DNA of 62,880 nt, filler included. It is 3 parts of 3 records of this genome, joined end to end, with 100 filler letters (N's around TTAATTAATTAA, not from the genome) between each part and the next. Parts side by side here need not be neighbours in the genome. Positions count along the whole stretch, not along the records: positions 1 to 20,577 come from SRR20825006_255; 2 more parts are not named here. One strand, given 5' to 3'. Below the pieces are notes generated by a model. That model saw only the letters and a list, made by a program, of their open reading frames with translations. It did not search any database and was not told the origin of the DNA. Both the position numbers and the translations under genes were made by a program. Positions 1 through 10,970 of this stretch are shown in pieces (positions within the stretch are counted from its first letter, which is position 1; each line of letters starts with the position of its first letter).

Positions 1-1215
1 TTCATCGATCCGGCGGAACTGCCCGGCAAACCGAAATTCAAAAGTGATCCTCTAAACCTGTTCACAATTGTCGAGGCGGGCGATCATCACGTCACGATCC
101 TTGATGGTGACACGTTTGAACCGCTTGACCGTTTCCCGACCCGCTTTGCCCTGCATGGCGGGGCAAAATATTCACCGAACGGTCGGTTTGTCTATCTGGC
201 GTCGCGTGATGGATGGGTCCAGATGTATGACCTTTATTCCCTGCAAACCGTTGCTGAAATCCGGGTCGGCCTGAATACGCGAAATGTGGCGGTATCCGAT
301 GACGGCCGATATGTGATGGCGGGCAACATGCTGCCGCACAATCTGGTTCTGCTGGATGCACGGGATCTGTCACCAATACGCGAGTTCGCCGTTATCGGTA
401 ATGATGGCAAATCATCGCGTGTTTCGGCGGTCTATACCGCCCCTCCGCGCCATAGCTTTATCGTCGCCCTGAAAGACCTGCCCGAAGTTTGGGAAATTTC
501 CTATGCCGATGATCCACGTCCGGTCTATCCCGGTTTCGTTCATAACTACGAAGCCAATATGGTCGAAGCACTGGATGTTCAGAACGGCCCATTTCCGGTA
601 AGGCGTATTCATCTTGGTGATGGTCTGGATGATTTCTTTTTTGATCAGGATTATCGCCATCTCATCGGGGCGGCGCGCAATGGCCGCGATGGGCAGGTGA
701 TCAATCTGAATGTCGGCCGAAAGGTTGCCGATATCGCACTGGAAGGCATGCCCCATCTTGGTTCAGGCATCACCTTTAACTATCAGGGCCATTCGGTGCT
801 GGCGACACCGCACCTGAAAGATTCCAAAATCAGTGTGATCGACATGGAAAGCTGGAAAACAATCAAAACCATCGAAACAAAAGGCCCCGGTTTTTTCACG
901 CGCAGCCATGACAACACGCCTTATGCCTGGGTCGATGTATTCTTTGGCCCGGACAAGGACGTGGTCCATATCATCGATAAACGCACACTCGAAATCGTCA
1001 AAACGCTCCGCCCGGAACCCGGCAAGGTGGCCGCCCATGTGGAGTTTGATCGCAGCGGCAAACACGCTCTGCTCTCAATCTGGGACAATGACGGCGCAAT
1101 CATCGTTTACGATGCCCAAACATTCGAGGAAATCAAACGCATCCCGATGAAAAAGCCGGTTGGCAAATATAATGTTTTCAACAAAATCACCTATTCCGCC
1201 GGCACCAGTCACTAA
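1..1215 (+). CDS. nirN: Heme d1 biosynthesis protein NirN (cytochrome d1-type beta-propeller), 5'-truncated at the window edge
   Basis: Frame 1 is open from base 1 (FIDPAELPGKP...LHGGAKYSPNGRFVYLASRDGW). Motifs SRVSAVY, MPHLGSG and a C-terminal GKYNVFNKITYSAGTSH are typical of NirN rather than NirS. Adjacent to the nor cluster. Confidence 0.8.
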   Translation, partial: FIDPAELPGKPKFKSDPLNLFTIVEAGDHHVTILDGDTFEPLDRFPTRFALHGGAKYSPNGRFVYLASRDGWVQMYDLYSLQTVAEIRVGLNTRNVAVSDDGRYVMAGNMLPHNLVLLDARDLSPIREFAVIGNDGKSSRVSAVYTAPPRHSFIVALKDLPEVWEISYADDPRPVYPGFVHNYEANMVEALDVQNGPFPVRRIHLGDGLDDFFFDQDYRHLIGAARNGRDGQVINLNVGRKVADIALEGMPHLGSGITFNYQGHSVLATPHLKDSKISVIDMESWKTIKTIETKGPGFFTRSHDNTPYAWVDVFFGPDKDVVHIIDKRTLEIVKTLRPEPGKVAAHVEFDRSGKHALLSIWDNDGAIIVYDAQTFEEIKRIPMKKPVGKYNVFNKITYSAGTSH

Positions 1216-1225
1216 CACAAGATCA

Positions 1226-1260
1226 GCCGCCACGCGATGATTTAGCCATCTTGTGGCGGC
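1226..1260. terminator. Hairpin between convergent nirN and norF
   Basis: Imperfect inverted repeat GCCGCCACGCGATG...CATCTTGTGGCGGC between two convergent stop codons; no strong U-tract. Confidence 0.5.
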
Positions 1261-1273
1261 GTGAAGATACGCC

Positions 1274-1639
1274 CTAGTGGCTTGACAAAATCACCGCCCC
1301 CTGTGCGGCCAGAACACCGGCAAAAATCACAATAAGAAAGGCAACAAACAATCCACGCCATCCGCCCGCGGATGGCCCAAGCCCAAGATAGTATCGCAAG
1401 ATCAACCATGCCTTAAGGCTACCCACAGCCATAATAATTGTGGCTGGCACCAGACCAAGCATCGTGGCTGTGCGTTCTTCTCCCACAAGCGCAAGAACCA
1501 GTGACAGGATGGTCGTGCTGGTTGCGATCAGCCAGACCAGAATTGCTGTTCGCATCGATGAAGCCTGCGTGTCGCAAGATTTGCCAACATTCCTTACGAC
1601 ATCATCGGATTTCGCACTGATGGTACAATGATGGTCCAT
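1274..1639 (-). CDS. norF: NorF-like small membrane protein (cytochrome c oxidase subunit IV family)
   Basis: Three hydrophobic segments and a KAWLILRYYLGL motif; directly downstream of norE, as in norCBQDEF operons. Confidence 0.65.
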   Translation of the reverse strand: MDHHCTISAKSDDVVRNVGKSCDTQASSMRTAILVWLIATSTTILSLVLALVGEERTATMLGLVPATIIMAVGSLKAWLILRYYLGLGPSAGGWRGLFVAFLIVIFAGVLAAQGAVILSSH

Positions 1640-1646
1640 GATTACC

Positions 1647-2288
1647 TCATCGCAACAGATAGATCACAGGAAAGACCAGCACCCAAACCATATCGATCAT
1701 ATGCCAGAAGGCGGCACCGGTTTCGATGTTGGTTAAATTGGGCCAAATGGAAACAATCCCCAAAAGACCAAGCCCCATCACCACATGCAGCGCATGAAAA
1801 CCGGTGATGAGATAGTAAAGCGTGAAGAACGTACTGCTTTCCAAACCGATCCCGGCATCGATTTTACTGCTATATTCCAGCAGTTTTATGATCAGGAAAG
1901 CGATACCCAGAATTGCAGTTGCCGCCATCCAGCCCCGACACCGCAAAACAGCATTTTGGCGTATGGCATGAACGGCGAACACCGCGAACAGACCGCTTGT
2001 CAGTAAAACAACCGTATTAAGCCCGCCCATAACACGATCAAGACGCAGTTGATCCGCCGCAAACCCAGACGGGTCGCCAATTCTTGCCGCGGAAAATGTC
2101 AGCAGAAAAGCCCCGAAAACAACCAACTCCGACAGGATCAGGACCCACATCAACGGATGCCCGGGCAAGGCTTCAAGCCCGCCCCAGGCATCAGCCCCGG
2201 CAGAAGAAGTTACCGATACACTGTGATGATCACTTTCATTCGCGGTCGAGCTATCATGTTGTGCCATATTTTCCTGACGAGCTTGCAT
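1647..2288 (-). CDS. norE: NorE, cytochrome c oxidase subunit III-like protein
   Basis: LPGHPLMWVLILSELVVFG, NTVVLLTSG, TGFHALHV and FWHMIDMVW are COX3-family motifs. Start is 2288 or 2267; both have SD-like sequences. Confidence 0.85.
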   Translation of the reverse strand: MQARQENMAQHDSSTANESDHHSVSVTSSAGADAWGGLEALPGHPLMWVLILSELVVFGAFLLTFSAARIGDPSGFAADQLRLDRVMGGLNTVVLLTSGLFAVFAVHAIRQNAVLRCRGWMAATAILGIAFLIIKLLEYSSKIDAGIGLESSTFFTLYYLITGFHALHVVMGLGLLGIVSIWPNLTNIETGAAFWHMIDMVWVLVFPVIYLLR

Positions 2289-2302
2289 ATTATCACCCGT
2301 TT

Positions 2303-4273
2303 TCAAGATACAAGCTGGCGATAGATACGTGGTAAGGCCGCCGGAAGGTTTTCCAGCTTGCTGACAATTGCGTGCCCGCCTGCCCCAAAGATATAGGGGA
2401 AGTAATCCTGTGCCCTTTGATCGACCGTTACACCGAAAAGGCCAAGCCCTGCCTTTCGGCATTCACGTACCGCACGGCGGCTATCCTCTATGCCGTAGCG
2501 ACCTTCGTAATGGTCGATATCATTTGGCTTGCCATCCGTGATTACCAGCATCAACCGGTGTTGGTGCGGTCGATCCCCCAACAGCTTTCCAACATGGCGG
2601 ATGGCAGCCCCCAACCGCGTGTAATACCCTGGACGGAGCTTCTGTATCCGGTCCTGCGTAGAACGTGACCATTCCTCGTCGAAGTTCTTGATCGCATTAA
2701 TACGCACCCAATCCCGACGACGTGATGTGAAGCTGAAGATACCAAACTCGTCCCCACATGCATCCAGCCCACCAGCCAGCACCGAAAGCGCCTGCTTTTC
2801 AACATCGAGAACCCGTTGATCCTGTATCCAGGCATCGGTCGACAATGATACATCGACCAGTACCGCAACCGACAAATCGCGTGCCCGTCGAACCGTGTTC
2901 AGATACAGCCTGTCGCTGAGTTCTCCACTGCCTTTCTGGTCACAGCGGGCGCGCACCAATGCTTCGAGATCAAGCTCGCTTCCATCACTTTGCGCGCGCA
3001 GAATTTCATGGCGCGGCCGAAACGCTTCGAATTGGCGGCGAACCTGGCGGATTTGTCGCCGTTCGGTTTCACCCGGATGCCAGACATCACACTCACTGAC
3101 TTTTTCATCACCGGATTGCATGACGACTTTGCAGAAATCCGAGCGATACGATTGATGACGGTAATCCCATTCCGGATAGGTCCATTCACCAATCACGCGT
3201 CCTTCATCAGCTTCGCGTGGTGGCAGATCCAGATCGAAACGCAATTTGGTTGCCGCTTTGCGTTTGCAGTCGGAAATTTCCATTTCGTCAAGCTCGTCAG
3301 CCGCTTTCTTTGCATCCTGCTCGTCCTCGTCATCCATCGGCCGATTGACATTGATCATCTCGGCTATCGAAAGGATTTTTTCAAACCGGTTTAATGCGAG
3401 GGGATCATTGCGACCAGCCTGATCATTCTTGCGTCGGCGCGCGCGTTTTTTACGTTCCTGACTGCCGTCTGACGAATTTCCATCCTCGTCCGTGTCGGTA
3501 TTGGCAACACGACCAGCCGTTCCGGAACACATGGCTTCCCCCCAAAGTGGAACGGGAAGGAATGGCGAATAACGATGCGATTGCAAACCCGCAACACTGA
3601 CCATCGCAGCAATATCAACACCTGTGCCGACGGCGTTAACAACGGGCCACAAATCATTTTCATCCTGTTGCCCTACACCCATAAGAATCCGCAGAACGCA
3701 TTCTTCAACCTGTTGTTCGACACGGGGCAAAGGACGCACCGGCCGCAACACAAGAAACGCATCATACAGGCGTTGACGCAAACCGATGATGCCGGGGAAA
3801 TGGCGACATACATCTTGATCGGTTTGCCGTGCCCGGGAAAGTCGCATGATATCGACCAATAAGGGGCTTTGCGCAACGTCCAGCGAAATGGCTTGTGGTA
3901 CCGAAACCGCGAACCATGCCATCAGCCAGATATAAAAATCACGGTTAAGATCACGGGACGGAAACAGTGAAATGGACGCGGGCAGCTTTACCGATGCCTC
4001 GTTCATTTCGGCCATCGTGATCTGTTCATCCACCAGACCAATCCGTTGCCGCCAGCGTAGCCGATGCCCCGAAACCCGTTTATCAATCTGGGCAAATTCC
4101 AACGCCGGGTCGCCACCAAGGGTGCGAAAAATCACCGGCAAATGACCGCGCAATTCAGCAAACGTGATCGCGTGTTCAACATGATCGCGATAGCTTTCCT
4201 GATTGCGTGATGCAATCCGGTGCCAGATCATGCCGACCTGTTCTTCGAATTCCAGAAAATCGAAACTCATCAT
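2303..4273 (-). CDS. norD: Nitric oxide reductase activation protein NorD (vWA domain)
   Basis: MIDAS DVSLST, YPEWDY, PGYYTRLGAAIRH, ITDGKPNDIDHYEGRYGIED. ATG at 4273/4270 follows GGAGG. Confidence 0.92.
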   Translation of the reverse strand: MMSFDFLEFEEQVGMIWHRIASRNQESYRDHVEHAITFAELRGHLPVIFRTLGGDPALEFAQIDKRVSGHRLRWRQRIGLVDEQITMAEMNEASVKLPASISLFPSRDLNRDFYIWLMAWFAVSVPQAISLDVAQSPLLVDIMRLSRARQTDQDVCRHFPGIIGLRQRLYDAFLVLRPVRPLPRVEQQVEECVLRILMGVGQQDENDLWPVVNAVGTGVDIAAMVSVAGLQSHRYSPFLPVPLWGEAMCSGTAGRVANTDTDEDGNSSDGSQERKKRARRRKNDQAGRNDPLALNRFEKILSIAEMINVNRPMDDEDEQDAKKAADELDEMEISDCKRKAATKLRFDLDLPPREADEGRVIGEWTYPEWDYRHQSYRSDFCKVVMQSGDEKVSECDVWHPGETERRQIRQVRRQFEAFRPRHEILRAQSDGSELDLEALVRARCDQKGSGELSDRLYLNTVRRARDLSVAVLVDVSLSTDAWIQDQRVLDVEKQALSVLAGGLDACGDEFGIFSFTSRRRDWVRINAIKNFDEEWSRSTQDRIQKLRPGYYTRLGAAIRHVGKLLGDRPHQHRLMLVITDGKPNDIDHYEGRYGIEDSRRAVRECRKAGLGLFGVTVDQRAQDYFPYIFGAGGHAIVSKLENLPAALPRIYRQLVS

Positions 4274-4286
4274 CGCCTCCCGGCTG

Positions 4287-5096
4287 TCAGCCCCGGATAA
4301 TCCCGATGGCCTCGCGAAGGCCCGCCTTGATATCCGCATCATCCGACAGGGGTTCGATGATGGCCGCATTGATGGCGTCATCAAATGCAACATCGGCCAT
4401 CAAAAGCATCGCGCCATAGACCAGCAACCGGGTTGAAACAGCTTCTTCAAGATCAATACCGGTAAGCTTGCGAATATTGCCCGCAATGCGCACCAGAAGG
4501 GCAGCCCGCTCAACATCGATCCCGGTTTCACGCATGATGATCGCTTTTTCGGTTTCCGCGTCCGGGAAATCGAACTCGACGGCCAGAAAACGCTGTCGGG
4601 TTGATGGTTTAAGCTGCTTCAGAAGGTTCTGGTAACCGGGGTTATAGGACACCACCAGCATGAAATTGGCCGGAGCTTCAAGCATCTCGCCCGTCCGGTC
4701 CAGCGGCAACAGACGCCGATCATCCGTCAACGGATGAAGGACCACCGTCACGTCCTTGCGCGCCTCGACCACCTCATCAAGATAACAGATACCACCGTGG
4801 CGGACCGCACGTGTCAACGGACCATCCACCCAAACCGTTTCCCCGCCCTTGATCAGATAGCGCCCAGTCAGATCCGCAGCGGTCAAATCGTCATGGCAGG
4901 AAACGGTATAAAGCGGAACGCCCAGCTTTGCAGCCATATGGGATACAAAACGTGTTTTCCCGCAACCGGTCGGTCCCTTTAACAACAAGGGCAGATGCTG
5001 CTGCCAGGCTGTTTCAAACAGTTGCTGTTCGTTGCCGGTAGACTGATAATAAGGAACGTCTTGCTGGGCGAGTACGTCTTTAAGAGCGGTCTGCAT
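4287..5096 (-). CDS. norQ: NorQ/NirQ/CbbQ MoxR-type AAA+ ATPase
   Basis: Walker A GPTGCGKT, Walker B YLDEVVEAR, LKPSTRQRF; lies between norB and norD. Confidence 0.95.
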   Translation of the reverse strand: MQTALKDVLAQQDVPYYQSTGNEQQLFETAWQQHLPLLLKGPTGCGKTRFVSHMAAKLGVPLYTVSCHDDLTAADLTGRYLIKGGETVWVDGPLTRAVRHGGICYLDEVVEARKDVTVVLHPLTDDRRLLPLDRTGEMLEAPANFMLVVSYNPGYQNLLKQLKPSTRQRFLAVEFDFPDAETEKAIIMRETGIDVERAALLVRIAGNIRKLTGIDLEEAVSTRLLVYGAMLLMADVAFDDAINAAIIEPLSDDADIKAGLREAIGIIRG

Positions 5097-5132
5097 TTGA
5101 ATGCTCCTTGGAAAATGGGGGGGGCCGAAAAT

Positions 5133-5169
5133 GACAACGACCGGTCGCGGGAACCAACCGGTCGTTGTC
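5133..5169. terminator. 13-bp stem-loop in the norB-norQ spacer (attenuator or mRNA stabiliser)
   Basis: Perfect arms GACAACGACCGGT (5133-5145) / ACCGGTCGTTGTC (5157-5169). Confidence 0.5.
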
Positions 5170-5225
5170 CGCCATGTGTCGTCATGGAAGAGAGCATGAA
5201 ATCGAACACACAGACTTGATTGCCG

Positions 5226-6596
<1,371 letters not shown>

Positions 6597-7049
6597 TTAT
6601 CCCGCCTCGTTCGGCGGCCAGTTCTGGGTGTCGATTTCACTGGTCCATTTCAGGAAGTCGACAAGCTCATCGAGCTCCTGATCTGTAAGGTTGAATTGCG
6701 GCATCTGGCGGCGGCCTTCGATGCCTGTGGGCTGTGCGGCCATCCATGCCTTAAGCATATCGCGCGCACCTTCCGGATCATCTTCACCGCCATACCGCAC
6801 CCAGACATTGCCAAGTTCAGGTGCGAAATAGGCACCCTCGCCCAAAAGCGTATGACAGTTGATGCATGAATTGCGTTCCCAGACATGCTTGCCCGCGACA
6901 ACCGATGGCGTCAGCTGATCCTGATTGCTGGACTCGTTGACGATATAGTTGTGACTGTGCAAGGTCAGTCCGATAAAGATGACCAGAAAGAAGATCGTTC
7001 CGCCGTAGAAGATGTTTCGGGCGGCAGATTTTGTCAGTCGTTCCGACAT
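6597..7049 (-). CDS. norC: Nitric oxide reductase cytochrome c subunit NorC
   Basis: N-terminal TM helix (ARNIFYGG), heme motif CINCHTLLGEGAYFAPEL, RRQMPQF. Confidence 0.97.
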   Translation of the reverse strand: MSERLTKSAARNIFYGGTIFFLVIFIGLTLHSHNYIVNESSNQDQLTPSVVAGKHVWERNSCINCHTLLGEGAYFAPELGNVWVRYGGEDDPEGARDMLKAWMAAQPTGIEGRRQMPQFNLTDQELDELVDFLKWTSEIDTQNWPPNEAG

Positions 7050-7141
7050 GTGAACGGATCCTCACTCCGATTGGCAGTTCAATGCCGCTCTGTCCCCAAA
7101 ACGGCGTCATGCAATCATTTCCCGACTGGACGTTTCCCACC

Positions 7142-7155
7142 TTGACTACCGTCAA
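7142..7155. promoter_or_regulatory. FNR/NnrR/DNR-type box upstream of norC
   Basis: Palindromic TTGAC-TACC-GTCAA ~90 nt upstream of the norC ATG. Confidence 0.8.
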
Positions 7156-7158
7156 ACG

Positions 7159-7184
7159 AAAAAAGCCCCGCACAATGGCGGGGC
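7159..7184 (-). terminator. Rho-independent terminator of ric
   Basis: Minus strand reads GCCCCGC-CATTGT-GCGGGGC-TTTTTT. Confidence 0.75.
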
Positions 7185-7234
7185 AGGTGAGGTCGGAAAT
7201 GCACGGCAGGAAGGATAAGGCAAACCGCGTCAGG

Positions 7235-7942
7235 CTATCCAAAACGCGGAAACAGTATTTCATTCTCAAGATGGATATGTGCCACCAGGTCTTCGACCAG
7301 CTTGGCCGTGCCGGAATAAAGCGCCCGCCATGAACCACAGACACCATCGGGCAACGTGAAATTATTGGTCAGCTTTTGCAGTTTATGGATGGCTTCGGCA
7401 TGCTCGTCATGTTCTTCGCGCATGCAATGGATCGGCATGATCAGGGGGATTGTGCTGGCACTGTTGCGTTGCATTTCACGCATCGCCGGAAACAGAACCA
7501 TTTCCTCTTTCGCCATATGGGAATCAAGCTTCTCCGTCATTTCAAACAGCGCGTCGGCCAATCCCGCCGGGGCGTCCGGATGATCTCCGTGAACGGCCTC
7601 GACCTTCCGGGCAAGCAGGATGAGTTCGGCCAGTTCATCACGATGGGTCTGATGATACCGATCCAGAATAAAATCGATGAAGCCATCGATATCATTTGGA
7701 TCCGGCAAGGTCAGTGGCCCCTTGGGCAAATCGCACAATTCACGGGCAATCAGACCGGCATCCAATCCTTTCGCACCGGCGACCTCGTCCAGCGACTTGT
7801 TGCTTGAACAGCAAAATCCGATTTTATGGCGTCGCAAAACCAGGGTTGCCCCCGGAAAGCTTGCGACCAGATCGCCGATCTTGCGATGGACCAGATTTGC
7901 TGAATTGGCAGGCTCCTGATCATATGTGAAATCGGATTGCAT
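7235..7942 (-). CDS. ric: Iron-sulfur cluster repair di-iron protein (YtfE/DnrN/ScdA, hemerythrin-like)
   Basis: IGFCCSS ScdA_N-like motif, YHQTHR, HMAKEEMVLFP, EHDEH, HIHLENEILFP. ATG at 7942 follows GGAGG. Confidence 0.9.
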   Translation of the reverse strand: MQSDFTYDQEPANSANLVHRKIGDLVASFPGATLVLRRHKIGFCCSSNKSLDEVAGAKGLDAGLIARELCDLPKGPLTLPDPNDIDGFIDFILDRYHQTHRDELAELILLARKVEAVHGDHPDAPAGLADALFEMTEKLDSHMAKEEMVLFPAMREMQRNSASTIPLIMPIHCMREEHDEHAEAIHKLQKLTNNFTLPDGVCGSWRALYSGTAKLVEDLVAHIHLENEILFPRFG

Positions 7943-8005
7943 GCTGGCGGGCCTCCATCCCCGGAATTGATCCAACCAAGTTTAGGCACCTTCCCAAAAG
8001 TCACG

Positions 8006-8019
8006 TTGACGATGGTCAA
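8006..8019. promoter_or_regulatory. FNR/NnrR-type box upstream of ric
   Basis: TTGAC-GATG-GTCAA. Confidence 0.8.
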
Positions 8020-8125
8020 GTAGCCCTGCGTGGAATTTTGCGATCCCCCCTGCCCGATACTGTCTTGCAAAAGCAGAACCTTTCCGCCTTATCAAGAACC
8101 GTAAAAATTCAAATCTTTCAGTGAT

Positions 8126-8139
8126 TTGACGGACATCAA
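8126..8139. promoter_or_regulatory. FNR-type box upstream of ubiTUV
   Basis: TTGAC-GGAC-ATCAA. Confidence 0.75.
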
Positions 8140-8196
8140 CACCTTAAGACCCAAACATGACAATACTTCCGGAACCAATTCGGTCCGGAGTCCGCC

Positions 8197-8901
8197 GTGT
8201 CAATCAAACGCCCGTCATTTACACCCTTTCTGCTGATGAACCCCATCGTTCGAAATGTTCCGGCATTTGCGCTGGAACGTCTGTGCCAGCACGCCATGGA
8301 AACCATGTATCGCCGACACAAAGCTGTTTTCGAACGGGTCACCGAACGCGAAACATTTACCCTGCTCGTATGCCCGACGGATCTTGATCTCGACCTTTTC
8401 CTTGCCCTTGATCCGAAGGCCCCCGTCCTGCGCCCGGCCCATGAGGGGGATGACAATATCATCGCGGCACGGATCATCGGCCCGCTTCCGGCCCTTCTGG
8501 AACTGCTCGAAGGAAAATCCGACGGGGACGCACTGTTTTTCTCGCGCGCATTACGAATAGAGGGCCGGACCGACCTTGTCGTTGCCCTTCGCAATGCCCT
8601 GGACGGCGAAGAAATAGACCTGCGTTCCGCCGTCATTGAAAGCTTCGGCGCGTTGGGTCCTGTGGCAAGTCTGGCACTTCGCGCCGCCGAAGCGGCATAT
8701 CGCCAGATGCAATCGGACATGGACCGCGTTGCCGACACCCTGATGTCCCCGATTGAAAAACGTCTGGGCGGACTTGACCGGCGTCTTGGCGAACATGCGG
8801 AAAACATTTCAGGGCTTCAGAAATCCGTCAAACGTCGCACGCACCGCACCGCTCAGACCGCGCTGGCAGGTGATGATTTCGCCCTGCCCGATCCTTCATA
8901 A
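8197..8901 (+). CDS. ubiT: UbiT, SCP2 lipid-binding accessory factor of O2-independent ubiquinone synthesis
   Basis: DGDALFFSRALRIEGRTDLVVALRNALD SCP2/UbiT signature; GTG start after GGAG; precedes ubiU-ubiV. Confidence 0.85.
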   Translation: MSIKRPSFTPFLLMNPIVRNVPAFALERLCQHAMETMYRRHKAVFERVTERETFTLLVCPTDLDLDLFLALDPKAPVLRPAHEGDDNIIAARIIGPLPALLELLEGKSDGDALFFSRALRIEGRTDLVVALRNALDGEEIDLRSAVIESFGALGPVASLALRAAEAAYRQMQSDMDRVADTLMSPIEKRLGGLDRRLGEHAENISGLQKSVKRRTHRTAQTALAGDDFALPDPS

Positions 8902-8925
8902 CCGACAAACACATACAGGGATTTC

Positions 8926-9903
8926 ATGGAACTAGTTTGCCCGGCAGGAACCCCCGCCAGTCTGCGTGCCGCCGTCGAGGCCGGTGCGGATGTTGTATAT
9001 TGCGGTTTCCGCGATGCGACCAATGCCCGCAACTTTCCGGGGTTGAATTTTTCCCGACCCGAACTGGCCGAGGCCGTTACATTCGCACATAAACATGGCG
9101 TGCATGTCTATCTGGCCTGCAACACCTATCCGCAAGCCGGTTCCGAAGATATCTGGCATAAGGCCGTCGATGATGCGGTGGCAATTGGCGTGGATGCCGT
9201 GATCCTGGCCGATATCGGTTTGCTGCGCTATGCGCGCGATAAACACCCGGATGCACGTCTGCATCTGTCGGTTCAGGCATCCGCCTCGAACGAGGAAGCC
9301 ATTCGTTTTTACCACCGCGAGTTTGGCGTGCGTCGTGTGGTTCTGCCGCGTGTCCTGTCGCTCGAAGAAATCCGGATGTTAAACCGGCGCATTTCGGTGG
9401 AAACCGAAGTTTTCGCCTTTGGCGGCATGTGTGTCATGGCCGAAGGCCGCTGTTCGCTATCTTCCTATGCCACGGGGGAAAGCCCCAACATGAACGGCGT
9501 TTGTTCGCCAGCAGCCCACGTCCATTACGAGGAACGCGGCGACAGCACCGTTTCCCGCCTTGGCAATTTTACAATCAATGTTTACGGCAATGATGAAAAG
9601 GTCGGATATCCGACCCTTTGCAAAGGCCGGTTTCGCGCCATGGACAAGGCCGGTTACCTGTTCGAAGAACCCACCAGCCTTGACGTTACCGCAATCCTGC
9701 CCGAACTCGCCGATGCCGGTGTAACCGCCCTTAAGATAGAAGGACGCCAACGCGGCAAGGCTTATATCACGCAGGTTGTCGGCGCATTCCGCGCGTCCCT
9801 TGATCGCATTGCCAATGGGCAAACCGGTACGCGCAGTAATCTGGCTGCCCTTAGCGAAGGTCAGGCAGATACAACAGGTGCCTATCGGAGAAGCTGGCAA
9901 TGA
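8926..9903 (+). CDS. ubiU: UbiU, U32-peptidase family Fe-S protein
   Basis: MELVCPAG, TNARNFPGLNF, LHLSVQAS, MCVMAEGRCSLSS, YPTLCKGRF, LKIEGRQR. Confidence 0.93.
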   Translation: MELVCPAGTPASLRAAVEAGADVVYCGFRDATNARNFPGLNFSRPELAEAVTFAHKHGVHVYLACNTYPQAGSEDIWHKAVDDAVAIGVDAVILADIGLLRYARDKHPDARLHLSVQASASNEEAIRFYHREFGVRRVVLPRVLSLEEIRMLNRRISVETEVFAFGGMCVMAEGRCSLSSYATGESPNMNGVCSPAAHVHYEERGDSTVSRLGNFTINVYGNDEKVGYPTLCKGRFRAMDKAGYLFEEPTSLDVTAILPELADAGVTALKIEGRQRGKAYITQVVGAFRASLDRIANGQTGTRSNLAALSEGQADTTGAYRRSWQ

Positions 9904-10817
9904 CAAAATCAAGACTGGTCATGGGGCCTATTTTGTTTCACTGGGACGAAAACCGTAAAAAGGATTTCTATGCCCGGATCGCGGATGAAACCGACATTGA
10001 TACGGTACATGTTGGCGAAGTCGTTTGCGCCAAACGCATGCCGTTTTTCGACAAGCATCTGCCTGACATCATCGAGCGGCTTCAGAATGCCGGAAAGGAA
10101 GTCGTCTTCTCGACACTGGCCCTCGTGATGAATGAACGCGAGATCGCCCAGCTTCGTGAAATTGCCGAAATGCCGGACCTTCTGATCGAAGCCAACGACA
10201 TATCTTCCATCGGCCTGCTTTCCGGCCGCCCGCATGTCGTCGGGCCGTACATCAATACATATAACGAAAGCACCTTGGACTACCTGATTTCCAAAGGTGC
10301 GCATCGCGCATCGCTTCCCTGGGAATTGCCGATGTCATCGATTGAAGCCCTTTGCAACGCGCGTAAAACGGCCGAGATCGAAGTCCAGATATTCGGGCGT
10401 GTCCCGCTTGCCATATCAGCCCGGTGTTACTCTGCACGCGCACATGGCTTGCACAAGGATGGCTGCCGATATGTCTGCGGCGAGGCCCTTGATGGCATGG
10501 ATGTCGAAACGCTGGATCATACACCGTTTCTTGCCGTCAATGGTCTGCAAACCCTGTCGAGTCACTATCTGGAATTATCGACCGCCGTTGATGATCTGAA
10601 AGATGCTGGTGTTACAGCCTTCCGAATTTCACCGCACACTCTTGATATGGTGCGTGTTGCCAATCTTTACCGTCGTTTACTTGACGATGAAATCTCGTCT
10701 GACGAGGTCAGGCAATCGTTGCTGGAAATGCAAGACGATCTGGCTTTCGCAGATGGCTTCCTGCACAGCCTTCCGGGTGCGGACCTCCGGGAAACGCTTG
10801 GTTCCCGGGCAGAATAG
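9900..10817 (+). CDS. ubiV: UbiV, U32-peptidase family Fe-S protein
   Basis: GEVVCAKR, PLAISARCYSAR, CRYVC; ATGA overlap with ubiU. Confidence 0.92.
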   Translation: MTKSRLVMGPILFHWDENRKKDFYARIADETDIDTVHVGEVVCAKRMPFFDKHLPDIIERLQNAGKEVVFSTLALVMNEREIAQLREIAEMPDLLIEANDISSIGLLSGRPHVVGPYINTYNESTLDYLISKGAHRASLPWELPMSSIEALCNARKTAEIEVQIFGRVPLAISARCYSARAHGLHKDGCRYVCGEALDGMDVETLDHTPFLAVNGLQTLSSHYLELSTAVDDLKDAGVTAFRISPHTLDMVRVANLYRRLLDDEISSDEVRQSLLEMQDDLAFADGFLHSLPGADLRETLGSRAE

Positions 10818-10859
10818 CTTTCCCCACCGCGCAAATATCCATATCCCGAATACAGATAT

Positions 10860-10893
10860 AAAAAGGGCCACAGCCTGATGAACTGTGGCCCTT
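10860..10893 (-). terminator. Rho-independent terminator (minus-strand U-tract; possibly bidirectional)
   Basis: 11-bp stem AAGGGCCACAG / CTGTGGCCCTT, ending in a U-run on the minus strand. Confidence 0.8.
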
Positions 10894-10937
10894 CGATACA
10901 TTGTGCAGGGGAGTGGACAGCTCAATGTATTGACGAT
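10860..10937 (-). ncRNA. Putative FNR/NnrR-activated small RNA (~80 nt)
   Basis: FNR box at 10971-10984, -10 TATACT at 10949-10944, hairpin AUACAUUG/CAAUGUAU with a CCACUCCCCU loop, then a terminator; no ORF fits between promoter and terminator. Confidence 0.6.
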
Positions 10938-10970
10938 GGCTGGAGTATAATTGATTTGCTCTGATACTCC

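Noticed and set aside
1-1215. Calling the cytochrome d1-domain gene nirS
   Set aside because: The C-terminal NKITYSAGTSH ending and internal motifs fit NirN better.
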